DNA of 64,000 nt from assembly GCA_051362555.1 (NCBI GenBank), contig CM120647.1, positions 13,244,651 through 13,308,650 of the forward strand, in the 5' to 3' direction. Of the stretch, positions 51,585-64,000 are shown one piece after another; position 1 is the first letter of the stretch, and every line of letters starts with the position of its first letter. The translations under genes were made by a program, and so were the position numbers. The stretch comes from Lingula anatina (taxonomy: Eukaryota > Animalia > Brachiopoda). The notes beneath the pieces were generated by a model. It did no database searches and had not been told where the DNA came from. It saw nothing but the letters and a program-made list of their open reading frames with translations.

Positions 51585-54500
51585 CACACACACACACACA
51601 CGCACGCACACACACACGCACACACACACACACACACACACATATATGCATACTAGTATGCAAGTTCATCCACATAATACATCTACATACCTTTTCATAT
51701 CCTCTGAAGTTCATTACTTTAGGTCTTCTCTCACCCTAAAACACAGTGCTATTTGAGACTGTCACAGGCAAGAGTTTCCATTCACATACACATCATGGTA
51801 ATGATTTTGGCATTATCCAAAATCAATTTCACGAAGAACAAAAGGGATCACAAAGTAAGGCTATATTAAGATTTTCCACTTGCTTGACATCCCTCATTGA
51901 TTTTCTTCAACATAAAAAGAATCTGTCTGAAAGTGAACAAATATAATCTTTTCCAGTTCATTTTGCACTGCATAGGGACTGATGGAGGTTGTTATTTAAT
52001 GCAAGCCAGCTAAAATCAATGACAAATAAAAGATACTTCCTGAGTGAGAGCAAATATGATCTTTCTCATTCATTTTCTATGGTCGTAGAGCACTGAATGT
52101 GGTGTATTATAACGTGTCTACCTGGCAACTAATCAATCCCAGAGGTGATTTATCGTGTAATGTGGCATAAACTCATATTCTGACCAATGAAATATGCATG
52201 AGAGCAGCAACTTTACTGAGCTTTAACTGGCTTCTGCACTGTATGTGTCTGGGCTGGGTTCGCAGAATAAGCTGCTTGAGTTGGTGATAAAGGAGAGAGA
52301 TATTATATACAGATTGTTGGACATATTTTAGTCTTAGTAGAATATAATGCATCTGAAGATCAAGATTGTGTCAATAACCGATGGGACAGGTTTAAAAGAC
52401 CACTATTGTGGTGAAGTTTTAGAACAGACATATTAGATATATGAAAGCATGCATCTTGGAGTGGATTTTACTGAACTAGACATAAAAAGCTAATAGACTG
52501 AGGAACAAGACTGCAAGATAATATACTTCTTAGAAAGCCTTTACTGAATTGCTTGCAAAATGTTCATTTACTAGTATGGAAATATTGCTTTTAAAACTGA
52601 TTTGAAGTAGTTTTGAAAATGGGCATCAATACATCAAAGGGAAAAGGAAAAATTCAGGTATTACACTACACATCAAAAGTTACAAACTGTTGTTATTTCT
52701 GATGAGAAATAACAACATTATTGCAGAAATTTTTAGTTTATGTTTGGATTTTTATAGCCATTGTGCTAATTATAATCATTATGCTAAGTAATAATCATGA
52801 AATCAGAGTAGTTTAAAAGTATTTGAATTTCTTTGACACACATTTCATGTTGCCAAGTTGTGAGATTTCCAAGGTACTAATTAGTATAATTTTCCACCAG
52901 GAACCTTAAATGAATATCTGCAGTTTGAACAAGTGTCTTTAGGTCCGAAATTACGGAACCCAATGTCTTCTGATAGAATGCAATATTATTAGTACCACCA
53001 GCGTATACGCTGGCGGTACTCATGGTTTTAGTCCCGACCCGTCTCGTACAGCTCCGCCGGCTCCGCCGGCTCCGCCGGCTCCTGCAGCTCCGCCGGCTCC
53101 TGCGGCTCCGCAGTCGGGCGCCGGAAACAAGTCACCGTTACCGCTTCTCCTCCTAGACTGCTAGGACCTGTGTCCCCATCTCTTGGATTTAGGTCACATA
53201 TAATCTTAGCTTGAACACCCTGGTTTTTTTGTCTCTGTCGGTGCATTGGCCTGGGCGTGACACTTGTTGAAATGCACCCTTGTCAAAATTTTTGAAAATT
53301 CAAGGCTAAATATCTCCCAAACCAAAGGAATTATGGGAAAAATTACTACAGAAGTCTGACCGAAAGTCATATGTGGAGATTCCAAATATGCCCTTTGATT
53401 TGACTTTTGACCTTTTTTTCAAGGTCAAACAAGCCAAAATTTTCTAAATATGGGAATTTTCTGCAAAAAAATATTTGTTTGTGCTATTTTTTGGAAACTA
53501 CACAGATCTAAGCTCTCCTGTTATAGTGAGGGGTTACAATTGGGGACTCCTTTCATCTTTGGGAGTTTGGGGTCAATCGGTGCATTTTCACGGGAGAAGC
53601 AGCCATTAGATACCGAAACTGAAAACTTGCTTTTATTCTGGAATGGTAAATGCCAGAGACGTTTGTTCATCGCATTTTGTAGAACTTGTCAAGTGCAATA
53701 CTGGAGGTGGTGTCCATTTTTTTGTTTTCGATATGCTTTAGGCATTGCGCTATATCAAAAATTACAACATCGCAATATTCAGTGGGGAAAATGTTAAATA
53801 TTCCAAAACTGGCAGAGATACGCCCATAGTTACTATTGAACTTGAATAGGAAGTTATATACAAGTAATCTAACTGGGACCTTTGAATTGACCTTTGACCT
53901 ACTTTTCACCATGAACTGAACTTTGCAAATTTTCTAGCCCTTATATCTCCAAAACTGGCAGAGATACACCCATAGTTACTATTGAACTTTAATAGGAAGT
54001 TATATACTGGTAATCTAACTGTGACCTTTAAATTGACCTTTGACCTACTTTTCACCATGAACTGAACTTTGCAAATTTTCCAGCCCTTATATCTCCAAAA
54101 CTGGCAGAGATACACCCATAGTTCCTGTTGAACTTGAATAGGAAGTCATATACTGGCAATCTTACTGTGACCTTGAAATTGACCTTTGACCTACTATTTA
54201 TGATGAACTGCACTTTGCATGTTTCCTGACCTTCATATCTCCAACATTGGCAAAGAAATGCCCATAGCTACTATTGAACTTGTATTATAGGAAGTCATAT
54301 ACTGTGACCTTGAAATTGACCTTTGACCTACTTTTTTACCTCAAACTGAACTCTGCATATTTTCTTGCCCTTCATATCTTCAAAACTAGCAGAGATCTGC
54401 CCAGTGTTGTCCCTAGGTTTTCTCTTTTGTCAGCATTCCGGTATATGCATTACTGATAATGCATTTCACAGGAGTGATCAGTGTTAGAAAAATACAGGTT

Positions 54501-54733
54501 AATTTGGACATCTCCTTGATTGGACCATTTTAACTGTTATTTTTTTTTGATTTTTTTTTTCACATTTTGAGAACTCTTGTTTATTGCATTTTATAGAGCT
54601 TGTCAAACACAAGACTGGTGGTGGTGTCCAATTTTTTTTCTTTTTTTTTTGGGGGGGGGGGGGTCCATACGAATGCGCTTACTCCAGCTGGTGGTACAAT
54701 ATCCAGAGGCGGTATCGCCTCTCTGATCCTCTA

Positions 54734-54775
<42 letters not shown>

Positions 54776-54938
54776 TTGCGCAAATCTCTTCAGGGCCGTA
54801 AATTCTGGAACCCAGCATCTTCTGGTCCCTTGCAGAATGTGAAGAACACCCTGGGGACATTCGGTACCCCCTCCTACCCCTCCCCCCTGGACAGGATCAG
54901 GACAGGTGAGGGCGGTTAATGGATTTTTTTTATTCAAT

Positions 54939-54981
<43 letters not shown>

Positions 54982-56015
54982 ATGTATTATAATCAGATGT
55001 TAAATTCAATATGAAAAATGATATTGTCAAATATCTGGGTTGCTTTAGTCAGGTGAAGATTTAGAATTGAATCAATGATGAATTTGAAAAAGAAAAGAAA
55101 AGAAAGACAAATAGAGAGAATCAAGAATTATTTACCTAGCCAAATAATAATGTTGTACAGCATTTTGCTACAAATAACTTTCTGCCCCTGTCAAATTAAT
55201 TGTTGTATCATTTGTATAGACAAAATGAACAAAATAATATTTGGTATGGAAAATAATTACATGTTATCTCGTAGGGAAAAGAGAGCGTGCAGCACAGTTA
55301 GGTTTGGACAGCAATGATGAAGAGCCGTCGTTTGAAGGGAACCAGTCGTTCCCTAAACCTCTCAAGTCCCAGTACAAGGTTGACAAGACTCCTGAGGTCA
55401 AGTGTGCTCTGGATGGGTTCAAAGGTAACTGGAATGTTCAGACCACGTGAATTAAAGGGATAATAACTCTTCATTTTGGCCAAAAAATAAATTTTCCTGG
55501 AGTAAACAACAATTTTCCCATACTTACCAATGGTTAATGAATCCATTTTTACATTCAAAGTTTTAGTCCCTGATTTTTTTTCTAAAAAGTTTGTTTTTTG
55601 TTATAATCTCTTAAGAGATTATAATAGAGTATAGCCATCAATGGAGGTCACATGGTCCGATGACAAGCTCAGATATCAGAATAATAGCCCTAACCCCGTT
55701 TTTTATGGTAAAACAGAATATATTATATTTTTATGAGTTATTCACAATGTTTTTATTGTGAAATATAGATCTCATATGAAGAGTTATTATCCCTCTAATA
55801 AAGTTTAACATGTATTCCCTGTTGGTTTATACTGATTTCATTTCATCTTAAAAGTCATAAGACTGTGGCCATATAAATTTATTGATTTTGATCTCCTCTA
55901 CCAGAGAAAGATTTCATTATTCTTTTCATTACCTTAGGGTTTATCATTTTGTTTTCATTGATTTATTTGCTGATATGCTTGTTGCCAGACCATCATTTTC
56001 TCTTTTTGCTGAAAT

Positions 56016-56066
<51 letters not shown>

Positions 56067-57041
56067 TGTTCCTGATATTGGTTAATGGATACACTTGTTA
56101 TCAGTAAGGTATTATGTCCATCTGAACAGTTTTTACGATTAATTAACCAAAACATATTTTGGTGATTTCTTTCAGGTGATGGCCTCCATGAGTTCAGTTT
56201 CTCCCCAGGGTTATCCAAGGGGACATTCTCTCCCGTCCCTATCCCAGGGCCAGACCCCCGGGCTAGTATGTCCCTGGGGACCAGCTGGTCCTTCTATAAC
56301 TACGTGGGAGGAGGGGAGGTCGGGATGACCTTTCCCACATCAGTCAGAAACCCCAACAAAGCCATTGTGACTATCAAGGCTCGTAGCACTGAGGTTTGTG
56401 TGTGTCTTGATGAATGTTGTTGAAATTTATATTAGATTACAAAGAATGTGACAAAAAAGAAGTTAAGACAGATGTGTTACTTACTTTGTTACAATTTGAA
56501 TTTTAGTCTCTTTCATTCTTTTATTCCGTTCCTAACACAGGTTATAATATGCAAGTCTTTGCTTCAGTCTGACATTGTGCTAATCAGACTTGAACATTCC
56601 AGTGAATTTTGCTATTTAAAAAAATTATTTAATAATTTTTTTCGTGTTCTTATGCTTTAGATTCTCATGGCTAATGAAATGGCCTGTGAACTGTTCGCCT
56701 ACAATGAAGATGAACTGATAGGTGCACGTCTCACTGACCTAGTGCGACTGAAGAAGAAGGAACAGGAAGCACTGATGGAGACGGAACTAGAGGATGATGG
56801 GAAGGTTGTGTCTGTGGCGGGGAAAGTGGTAAGTATCGAATTAGGTTGACTGTTGCTAAGTGACATTTTCATCATTGGGTAAGATTACTGCAGTTTTGGC
56901 TTACAGAAATCAGAAGTGTTTCATCGAGATTTGGATTAAAGAAACTGCCTGCTACAGAGAGAAACCTGCTGTGTTTAGCAATTATTTGTTTTTATCATTA
57001 TTGGCATTATTATAATCATTATTCTTATTATTATTATCATT

Positions 57042-57085
<44 letters not shown>

Positions 57086-60000
57086 TTATTATCAATAGTC
57101 AGGATGTATTATTTCCTATTATTTCCAGTTTGATGCAGTAGACTCCAGTGGGGTGGTAGTACCAGTGTCTTTGTGGTTGAAGAAGCTCCCTGTCACGGAG
57201 GGAGAACTGCGCTGTATAGCAGTAATGGAGCCAGTTGAGAGGACCACAGCTTCTGTGACCTTTGACAGCACTGTGAGTTGGATTCCAGTCTTCACATGAG
57301 CTTAAATATCAATTTTTTTTGTATTTATACTGAAAAACCTGAATATTTGGGTGCTGTTTTTATCTCCCATGTACAACTGTGTGACTTTACACTTGCATTT
57401 TTCCAAATTTTTTATGAAAATCCAAAATGAAAATAAAACTAAAACAACTACATATATGCAGGACTGAAAATTTAGTGACATTCTTGTTTTTCATTAGTAT
57501 GATGTCAAAACTTCAAACCAATTGTGTGAAACCAGTGGCTTAATATGTACAGTAATAGACATTGTTATCTTTCTGTTTCTAGGGCACCGTTCTCCTCTGT
57601 GACCAGCAGATGGCGTCACTGCATGGCTACAACTCACCAAATGACCTGATAGGGACAAAACTGACCAGTTATATCCCAGCGGTCAGACTGCCCTCCTCTG
57701 GCTCAGCGCTGACCAAGGTCAGTAAGGAAACACAGAAATGTGTGTTTTAGTAATTTTTTTTCTGAAACATTAAAGTGAGAAATAACTACTGAAATAGTCC
57801 ATTTGGATTTAAAATTTTGGTGAAGTCCTTGTTTTTCACAAGTATTAAATTTTTTGGGGGGTGATCAGAATCACCATCTTTGGAACTTTTTTTGTTTTGT
57901 TTTGTTTTGAAACAGCAGTGTTTCAGTCTTACCAAGTTAGTGAGAAGGGCCCACAGGTTAAGCATCACTTGACAACCTTCTCATGTTCAGCTTGAAGACG
58001 CTTTTGTGATAAAAGCAGAAAGTATCTTTTTCACAAAATTGTGTTCAAAAAGTGAGTGAGTCTCATCACCAAAAGTCTTTCTAAATTCAATTTCTGAATA
58101 ATCACGATAAAGATATCAGTGATGTAATGCAGTTATAGCTTGTTACTTTGAGAAATAACACGCTGTTGTCCCCTCATGATAATCTGAAGGTTAACCATTT
58201 CCTCTGTGCCCATGTAGTCAAATTCTTCCAGATTAAACCTGAAATCTATTTGGGTGTTGTAATTTTAGTCTCCCTGGACTCCCTAAATAGATCTGCCTTC
58301 CTTTGGTACTTGCATTTTCCAGATTTTATTTAAAAAAAACAACAAAATCCAGTTTCATGTCTGTATATCAACATGGTGTATATCCAATTTGAACAGGAAA
58401 TAAAGAAACAGAGAGCAACTGGAAGAACAAAAGATGGCGCCACATTCCCTCTCAGTATTGCTATCAGGAAGACGGATCCTGCCAAAGAGACGGACAGACT
58501 ACCACCTCAGCCTCCTGACTTAAACAGCATACCGAGACCCAGCACTGGGGGTGAGACATTGGAACTTTCTTTTCTTCTAAATATTAATAGGCAAATATGC
58601 CCTTTTAGTTGATTTTAGAATGATGCACTACCATAATTTTCTTAGCATACCAAGAACCAGCTCTGGGGATGAGACATAAGAACTTTCCTGTTGTCTTCTA
58701 AATATTAATAGACAAATATGTCCCTCTAGCTGATTTTAGCATGATACTCTTACCACTATAATTTTCTTAGCATGAAAGGAGATATTTTAGTGATCTATTT
58801 CTTGCATGTTTTATTTCTTTAGAATATATGTATGTCATGGCATTTTATGTTCTAAGGTACACTAAAGGGTTAATATTTACTTTTTAACATTTATTTATCC
58901 TTGTTTTACATTGGCCCGTATGTCACCTGTCCTTCATTCTTAGTTGTGGCAAAATCTTTGCATGTGTTTGTTTTCCTTCCCTCTCCATCCTCCAATTCAC
59001 AGTATTTGATCTCTTTATGGCATGTTTATGCCGTTTTCTAATACTTTTTTTTAGTTTACATCCTGAGATCAGATGCGTTACACCCCATTCTCATAGATTA
59101 GATCCACCTACATTGGATCGACCTAACTCCCTGGGGGTTCACGCTAAATAGCTGTCAGCCGGGCGGACACGAAAGTTAATTACCCCTTAAAGCTTGTAGT
59201 AGGCGGGGACGGACACTTAAGGGGGATTATCTGACAGTAATCTAGTGAGACTCCCCGCGGTGATAGATCGATCTAAAAGTTGTGAGAACAGAGCCTTAGT
59301 CACTTAATAACTATGATAGTATCACTAATCTACTGCTGAAATCAGAGAAGTATCGTAGAATGTCAAGTCTGATTTTTAAATTTAGCAGTAGGTTGGAGAA
59401 AATGTCATAGTAATTCAAAGATAAAAACATCAACTCTTTAACAGTGTCTAAATTTGAAACAAGAGGCAAACTGTTTTATCGGGGAGAGGAAGGAGAAAAA
59501 ACCTTGTAAAATGGACCACTTCTTTGTTTACAGCCTGATGTCCCTCTTTGCATGCCTTCCCCTTTATTTTTTTATTTTCATTTTCTTCCCTGTGAAGATT
59601 CTAGTAACATATCTATGGTGGTGGGAGGGAGAACACCTGATGTCGATGTGTCACTAGAGCCCTCTGGTGGCTGTATTAATGACGCCTTTGAGAGTAGTTT
59701 CACTCAGGACCAATCAGGTTTGTGAGGCACTGCTTGAGAAGATTTATCAATAGGTTTAATACATGTGGATGAAATTGTGATGATGGGTTTTGATACTTGT
59801 CCGTTTTATGTATCATTTTGTGCTAGTTATATGAAACTAATGCCTTAAAGTAATGGTTTTTATGTGATATGTAAATGTTTTTTGTTTTATGATCAATGTC
59901 AACATCAGAGTGCTCTGTAAAACAGCATAAATTTCCGAATCGGTTAATGAATAAATGGAATGCAGGTAGATGAATAGACTATATAGATATATACCCTGTC

Positions 60001-60326
60001 TCTAGCTTCCTGCTTTTTGCTGATTGTCAGGGGTTGACTGAATATCAAAGTAGTGAATGCCTTTGTTTTTATAGATGTTTTTAATGAGTATCTGTTCTCT
60101 CTCTCTCTCTCTCTAGTTACTCTTTAACTGAGGGTCCTTGTAACAGAGAGTCCATCCTTCATCAGAAAAATCCTCACATAAGTGGGTCATAATCTAGAGC
60201 GAGGCTTACCTGTACAAATGAATGGGAAGCGGACTCTCTATCGTGGGGGACTCTCTGTCGCATCACATGTACTCTCTCTTTCTCTCTCTATATATATATA
60301 TCTCTTAAGCATTATTCTACTAGAGG

Positions 60327-60360
<34 letters not shown>

Positions 60361-60898
60361 GGGTAGCATCAAACCAGTCCATCAGCAGTCCCATCCAAGG
60401 TGACGTGTACACAGGGACAGTATGGGTGTTTGCTAACATCAGCGGTATGGTCACCTTCCTACCTGATGGCACCATTCACACCTGTAACCACTACTTTGCT
60501 CTCATGTTGTTTGGGTATACACAGCAGGAGCTGGTGGACAAGGTGAGGAGATTGGGATTGTTAAGATAGATAGCCTCTCCCCCCCCCCCCAGCTTCACAC
60601 AAACACATTTCAAAAGAAACCTGTAGTGTTATGGAACTTAAGCTAATGCCTCTTTTCACCCTTTAAAGCTAAGATTTACCAGTTTCCTTTATTTACGTTA
60701 TAGTAAGTAGTTCCTGTATTATGAATTTTTAAAAGTTCATCATATGAAGCTAGAATTGCGTTGAAATTAATATGCATGTATTAATAAATATGATCCATGA
60801 ATACCTAAATATGATAAAAAGTCAATTTAACGATGTCCACAGTGGCAAAGGTTTTAATAATTTATTACTGAGATTTGGTTTATTTTCAGGATATCACT

Positions 60899-60933
<35 letters not shown>

Positions 60934-63900
60934 TATTTTCAGGATATCACATATTTAATCCCAGATTTCTATGATGACGTGGACATGGTAGACACTGACT
61001 CAATGCCACTCCCTCCAATAGATGACGAGGATGAACCCACATCAGATAGTGCCAGGAGTAAAGGTTCAGGTCTGTAAAAGTTTAGGGTTATCACTACATC
61101 AGATAGCACCAGGAGTAAAGGTTCAGGTCTGTAAAAGTTTAGGGTTATCACTGCATCAGACAGCGCCAGGAGTAAAGGCTCTGGTCTGTGAAAATTTAGG
61201 GTTATCATTCGTACATTGCATTTTCCAAAGTTAATATTTGCAACATTTTTTGTTTTCAAATGTCTGACTTGGTTCATATTTCATATTTCTAAAATTCGTT
61301 TTATGCTGTGGCAATTCCTACCAAGTTTTGTAGTCCAAAAATAAATATTTTCAGGCATAGGATGTGACTTACTTTAGATATCACATCTTAAAGATTCTTC
61401 CCCTTAATATACATGAAGAATTCTATAATCTGACACAAAACCAACTGTCTGAAAAAAAATTTTTTTTTTTTTTCGTGTTTTTCTTTAAATTAGCAGTTGA
61501 CATAAAACATTTTATGGAAATGTACTTAATCACTTTTGCTTGAATTTTACAGACAAAATGAGTACTGTTAGGTATTTCATAGTGCTAACAGTTTAATGCC
61601 AGTGCCTCTGGCTAGGTTGTCTCGAAAACAAAAGGTAATAAAAATAGCACATCCTCAGGGGCTAGGCAGGCTGAAGTCAGCAGACTCCATATTTTTTCAT
61701 TATGCCATCTATCTTTCAGAATCTCAAGACAAGCCCCATTCCAGGGGTTCCTCAGGCCAGCATCCTCCAGCAGCCAGTGGTACAACATCAGGGTTCAGTG
61801 AGGGAGAGGATATCCAACAGAGGTGTGGAATGATTGTTTGATTTTGTTTTATTTATTAAATTTGCACTTTAGATTTTCTGGTTATTTGGATAACCAAAGA
61901 GATCTTTATGACTTTAAAGTTAATTGTGTTTCACATTAAAGGTGAGGAGTTGTTGTAAGCATATTCTTACTGTTGTGTTTGAAATTGTACTTTCAACAAG
62001 GTACAAGATTGAGCAAAATTTATGAATTTGGTTGTATTGAAAACTTTTAAAAACTGACATTTTTCTATCAGGCCAGACACGGCTGCTCTGCTGTCAGAGG
62101 CCAATCAGGTGGTGCAGGATGCCTTGAACGGGTCACCAGGACAACTGCCCAGTCCCTCTCCACTGACCATAGATCTGGACTGTTCCCATGGCAACAGTAG
62201 CTTGGCGTCTGCCTCCTCACGGTCCAGTTGTAGTACCATGCCGACTCCTCCCACTGTCCGACCTGGAGGTCTCCAGGGACACCATGGCATTGCACAGGAA
62301 ACCCCGCTGCCAAGCTTACAGGAAAAAGAAGAAGGGGTTGCTGGTTTAAAAACAGGGAGGTCGCTTTCAGAGCAAGATGAGAGCAATTCAAAGTCAGATG
62401 ACAGTGCCAAAACTGACGACCTTCTAAATGCTTCGTCGCAGTGTTTAGACTCTTCAAATATAACAACACCAGGGTCTAGAAACACTTATAACTTTTTAAA
62501 TGAAAGCAGCTTGAACACAGACAATTCTTCGTGTCGGGTTGGTCTTGATGACTCTGTCACGTCTCTAGGTACCACAGCAAGTGAGTGGGAATTTCAAAGG
62601 GGCGACGATCGTCCTGAAAGCAGCGCATCCATGACAGCTAAAAAGAATGCTCTTAACAGTTCGTTAACATCACATGTAAAGTCAGAAAACAGTCCTGTAG
62701 AGGGCACTGATGGACGGATAGAACTAAGCCCTCTCCCGGGGTATAAAAGCCCAGATTATGATATTCCATTGTCGCCAGTGAGTAGTTCAGTAAAATATAC
62801 AGGAGCTAATACAAACAGTTCTAACACAATAGAGAACATGAGTCCCAGAGATTCTTCCTCTGCTTTGGGTAAAGACGCACAGACACCTGTAGAAAATGAT
62901 TTTAAGGAGAGACTTCAATCAGAAGACTTACCAGAAAAGTTTACCTCCACTCCAGCAAGGTCGTCCTCAAGGTCATCGTCACGGGGAGCAAGGCGGCAGC
63001 TGTCTTCGTCGTCGCATTTTCTGATTCCTGAGGGAAGTTATTGTGGTCATGGGAGGCATAAAGATGGTTCTTTCTTAGGTAAGACAATAACATTTCGTTA
63101 ATTTGGTGAATTAGGTTTCTGTTGTTTGTTTGACTCTTCAAAGACTCATTCTGTCCAAATTTATTGTATAACCCAATCCTCCATTCCAGGCGTTGTGTTC
63201 CAAATCCGTCAAATTGAGCTGGACAGCGGTCACTCCCTGTACTGCATGTGGGTGTCCAGGGACCCCGAGGAGCAGGGGGAGGGGACGAGGTCCTTTGCCA
63301 ACCTCACCCTGGCATCCAGTCTGAACAGCACCCTGGGGGCGTCCATCATAAGTCTGGGAGAGGTGAGAGAAGGGGGTTGATACTGAAGTTTGGTGATTGT
63401 GTTTGGCAGGATATTGTAGTAGTAGAAGTAGTAGTGGTAGAAGTAGTAGTGGTTAAAAAAAAAGGTCAGAAATGGACTAACTTTGAGTTGATTAGCATTT
63501 AGATTTTAAGGGGTGATCTATTAAATTAACTGATTATTACATTATCAAGCTTTCTTGGCAGAGGCCTGCGTGCAGTTCTGAATCCTTCACAATTTAATAA
63601 TAAGTTATAACTCCCCAGGTGCTGGCAGAGAAGGCAAAGATCAACTCCAGTAATGAGCAGGGAGACAGCCGTCCAGTGAGTCGACAGAAACCCGCTGATG
63701 AGGAGGAAGAGGAGGAGGAGGATCCAGCATGCCGAGGGAAGTACTCTGAGAACTACCAGACCACCATGTCCATAGGGAAAGGAGCCTTTGGGTTTGTGAA
63801 GCTGGCCAAGAGGAGGGCTGACGGGCAGGACGTGAGTGCTCTCTACTGTCACATGACACTGATTCAATAAGTGCAAAAGGCTTCTGGACGTGGTTTATAA

Positions 63901-64000
63901 GAAACATTGTGTTAATTTTTTATTTGCTGTCTCCAGGTTGTCGTCAAGTTCGAGCGGAACACTTCTGAGCATGTCTTACAACAAACACAGTATTGTGACA
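48353..64000 (+). CDS. PASK: PAS domain-containing serine/threonine kinase, 5' part; kinase domain cut off by the window end
   Basis: Exons 48353-48372, 49631-49766, 54794-54905, 55275-55424, 56176-56393, 56661-56828, 57129-57272, 57583-57717, 58397-58550, 59598-59717, 60367-60542, 60943-61069, 61720-61822, 62072-63078, 63190-63362, 63619-63831, 63937->. Motifs NPNKAIVTI...ILMANEMACELF, PVSLWLKK, MEPVER, ATGRTKDG, VWVFANISG...LPDGTIH, HKDGSFL, YCMWVSRD, and kinase start IGKGAFGFV...VVVKF. Confidence 0.93.
49728..51045 (+). repeat. 58-bp minisatellite (about 10 units) made of the PASK exon 2 3' end plus splice donor, interrupted by a transposon
   Basis: Unit ctggactctcccttcagcaggagcttcatgtctccctca|gtaagtatactgttcacta at 49728, 49786, 49844, 49902, 49960, 50018/50758 (split), 50816, 50874, 50932, 50991. 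Confidence 0.95.
50027..50757. mobile_element. 731-bp non-autonomous DNA transposon with a 9-bp TSD (MULE-like by TSD length)
   Basis: TSD ctggactcc at 50018-50026 and 50758-50766; termini AGCACA...TGTGCT; second partial copy at 16409-16680. Confidence 0.8.
52619..52657 (+). CDS. Candidate alternative first coding exon of PASK (MGINTSKGKGKIQ) with N-myristoylation motif
   Basis: aaaATGG context, 13 codons ending CAG|gtatt (phase 0), which matches the phase-0 PASK exon at 54794. G2, S6, K7 plus a basic patch. Confidence 0.55.
52988..54735. mobile_element. Helentron/HINE-like composite repeat with internal 146-bp tandem repeats; boundaries approximate
   Basis: 5' palindrome gtaccaccagcgtatacgctggcggtac, then a short GC-rich 9-bp repeat, about 4 units of 146 bp (ccaaaactgg-type starts at 53803, 53949, 54095, 54241), and a hairpin plus ctagtt at about 54700-54735. 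This layout resembles invertebrate HINE/pearl-type elements. Confidence 0.55.
58526..58773 (+). repeat. About 118-bp diverged tandem duplication of a PASK exon end and donor
   Basis: agcataccgagacccagcactgggg|gtgagac... is repeated at 58644 with the donor mutated to gatgag. Confidence 0.8.
59080..59298. mobile_element. MITE family A, second copy
   Basis: Homologous to 30865-31095. Confidence 0.7.
60139..60267 (+). mobile_element. TGT...ACA MITE-like repeat, copy of the 33464-33607 family
   Basis: tgtaacagagagtcc...ggactctctgtcgcatcaca; shared core with the 33.5-kb copy. Confidence 0.6.
61040..61208 (+). repeat. 57-bp tandem repeat (3 copies) spanning a PASK exon end and donor
   Basis: catcagatagtgccaggagtaaaggttcag|gtctgtaaaagtttagggttatcacta at 61040, 61097 and 61154. 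Confidence 0.92.

Noticed and set aside
53028-53246. ORF with EPAELQ repeats
   Set aside because: Translation of the 9-bp GC-rich repeat inside the HINE-like element.
1-64000. tRNA, rRNA or other structured ncRNA genes
   Set aside because: None recognised by eye. The hairpins seen belong to MITEs or other repeats. tRNAscan-SE and Infernal would be needed to exclude them.

Overview
AT-rich, intron-containing animal genomic DNA. It is probably a lophotrochozoan invertebrate such as a mollusc; this is inferred from gene families, microsatellites and repeat types and is not proven. I assembled all gene models by hand from GT/GC-AG junctions and reading-frame continuity. Conserved genes sit at both ends: the 3' part of ABHD13 and an ADI1-like gene on the left, CENP-O and PAS kinase (PASK, cut off by the window edge) on the right. 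Between them is an accessory, repeat-rich block: a 69-aa secreted 8-Cys peptide gene, two tandem PLAAT/HRASLS genes plus an orphan third first exon, a class A peptide-type GPCR, a TRIM-NHL gene with an in-frame stop, a Mab-21/cGAS-like nucleotidyltransferase, and a small single-pass membrane protein. The most striking observation concerns the Mab-21 gene. It has a signal-peptide exon (35737-35825) missing from the ORF track, an intact GS...DFD...D catalytic motif, five N-glycosylation sequons and a GPI-like or TM C-terminus, so it appears to encode a cell-surface or lumenal cGAS-like enzyme. Also notable: a candidate alternative myristoylated first exon in PASK, repeated tandem duplication of PASK splice junctions, and three GC-AG donors. 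No database searches or predictors were run; family calls rest on motifs recognised by eye.
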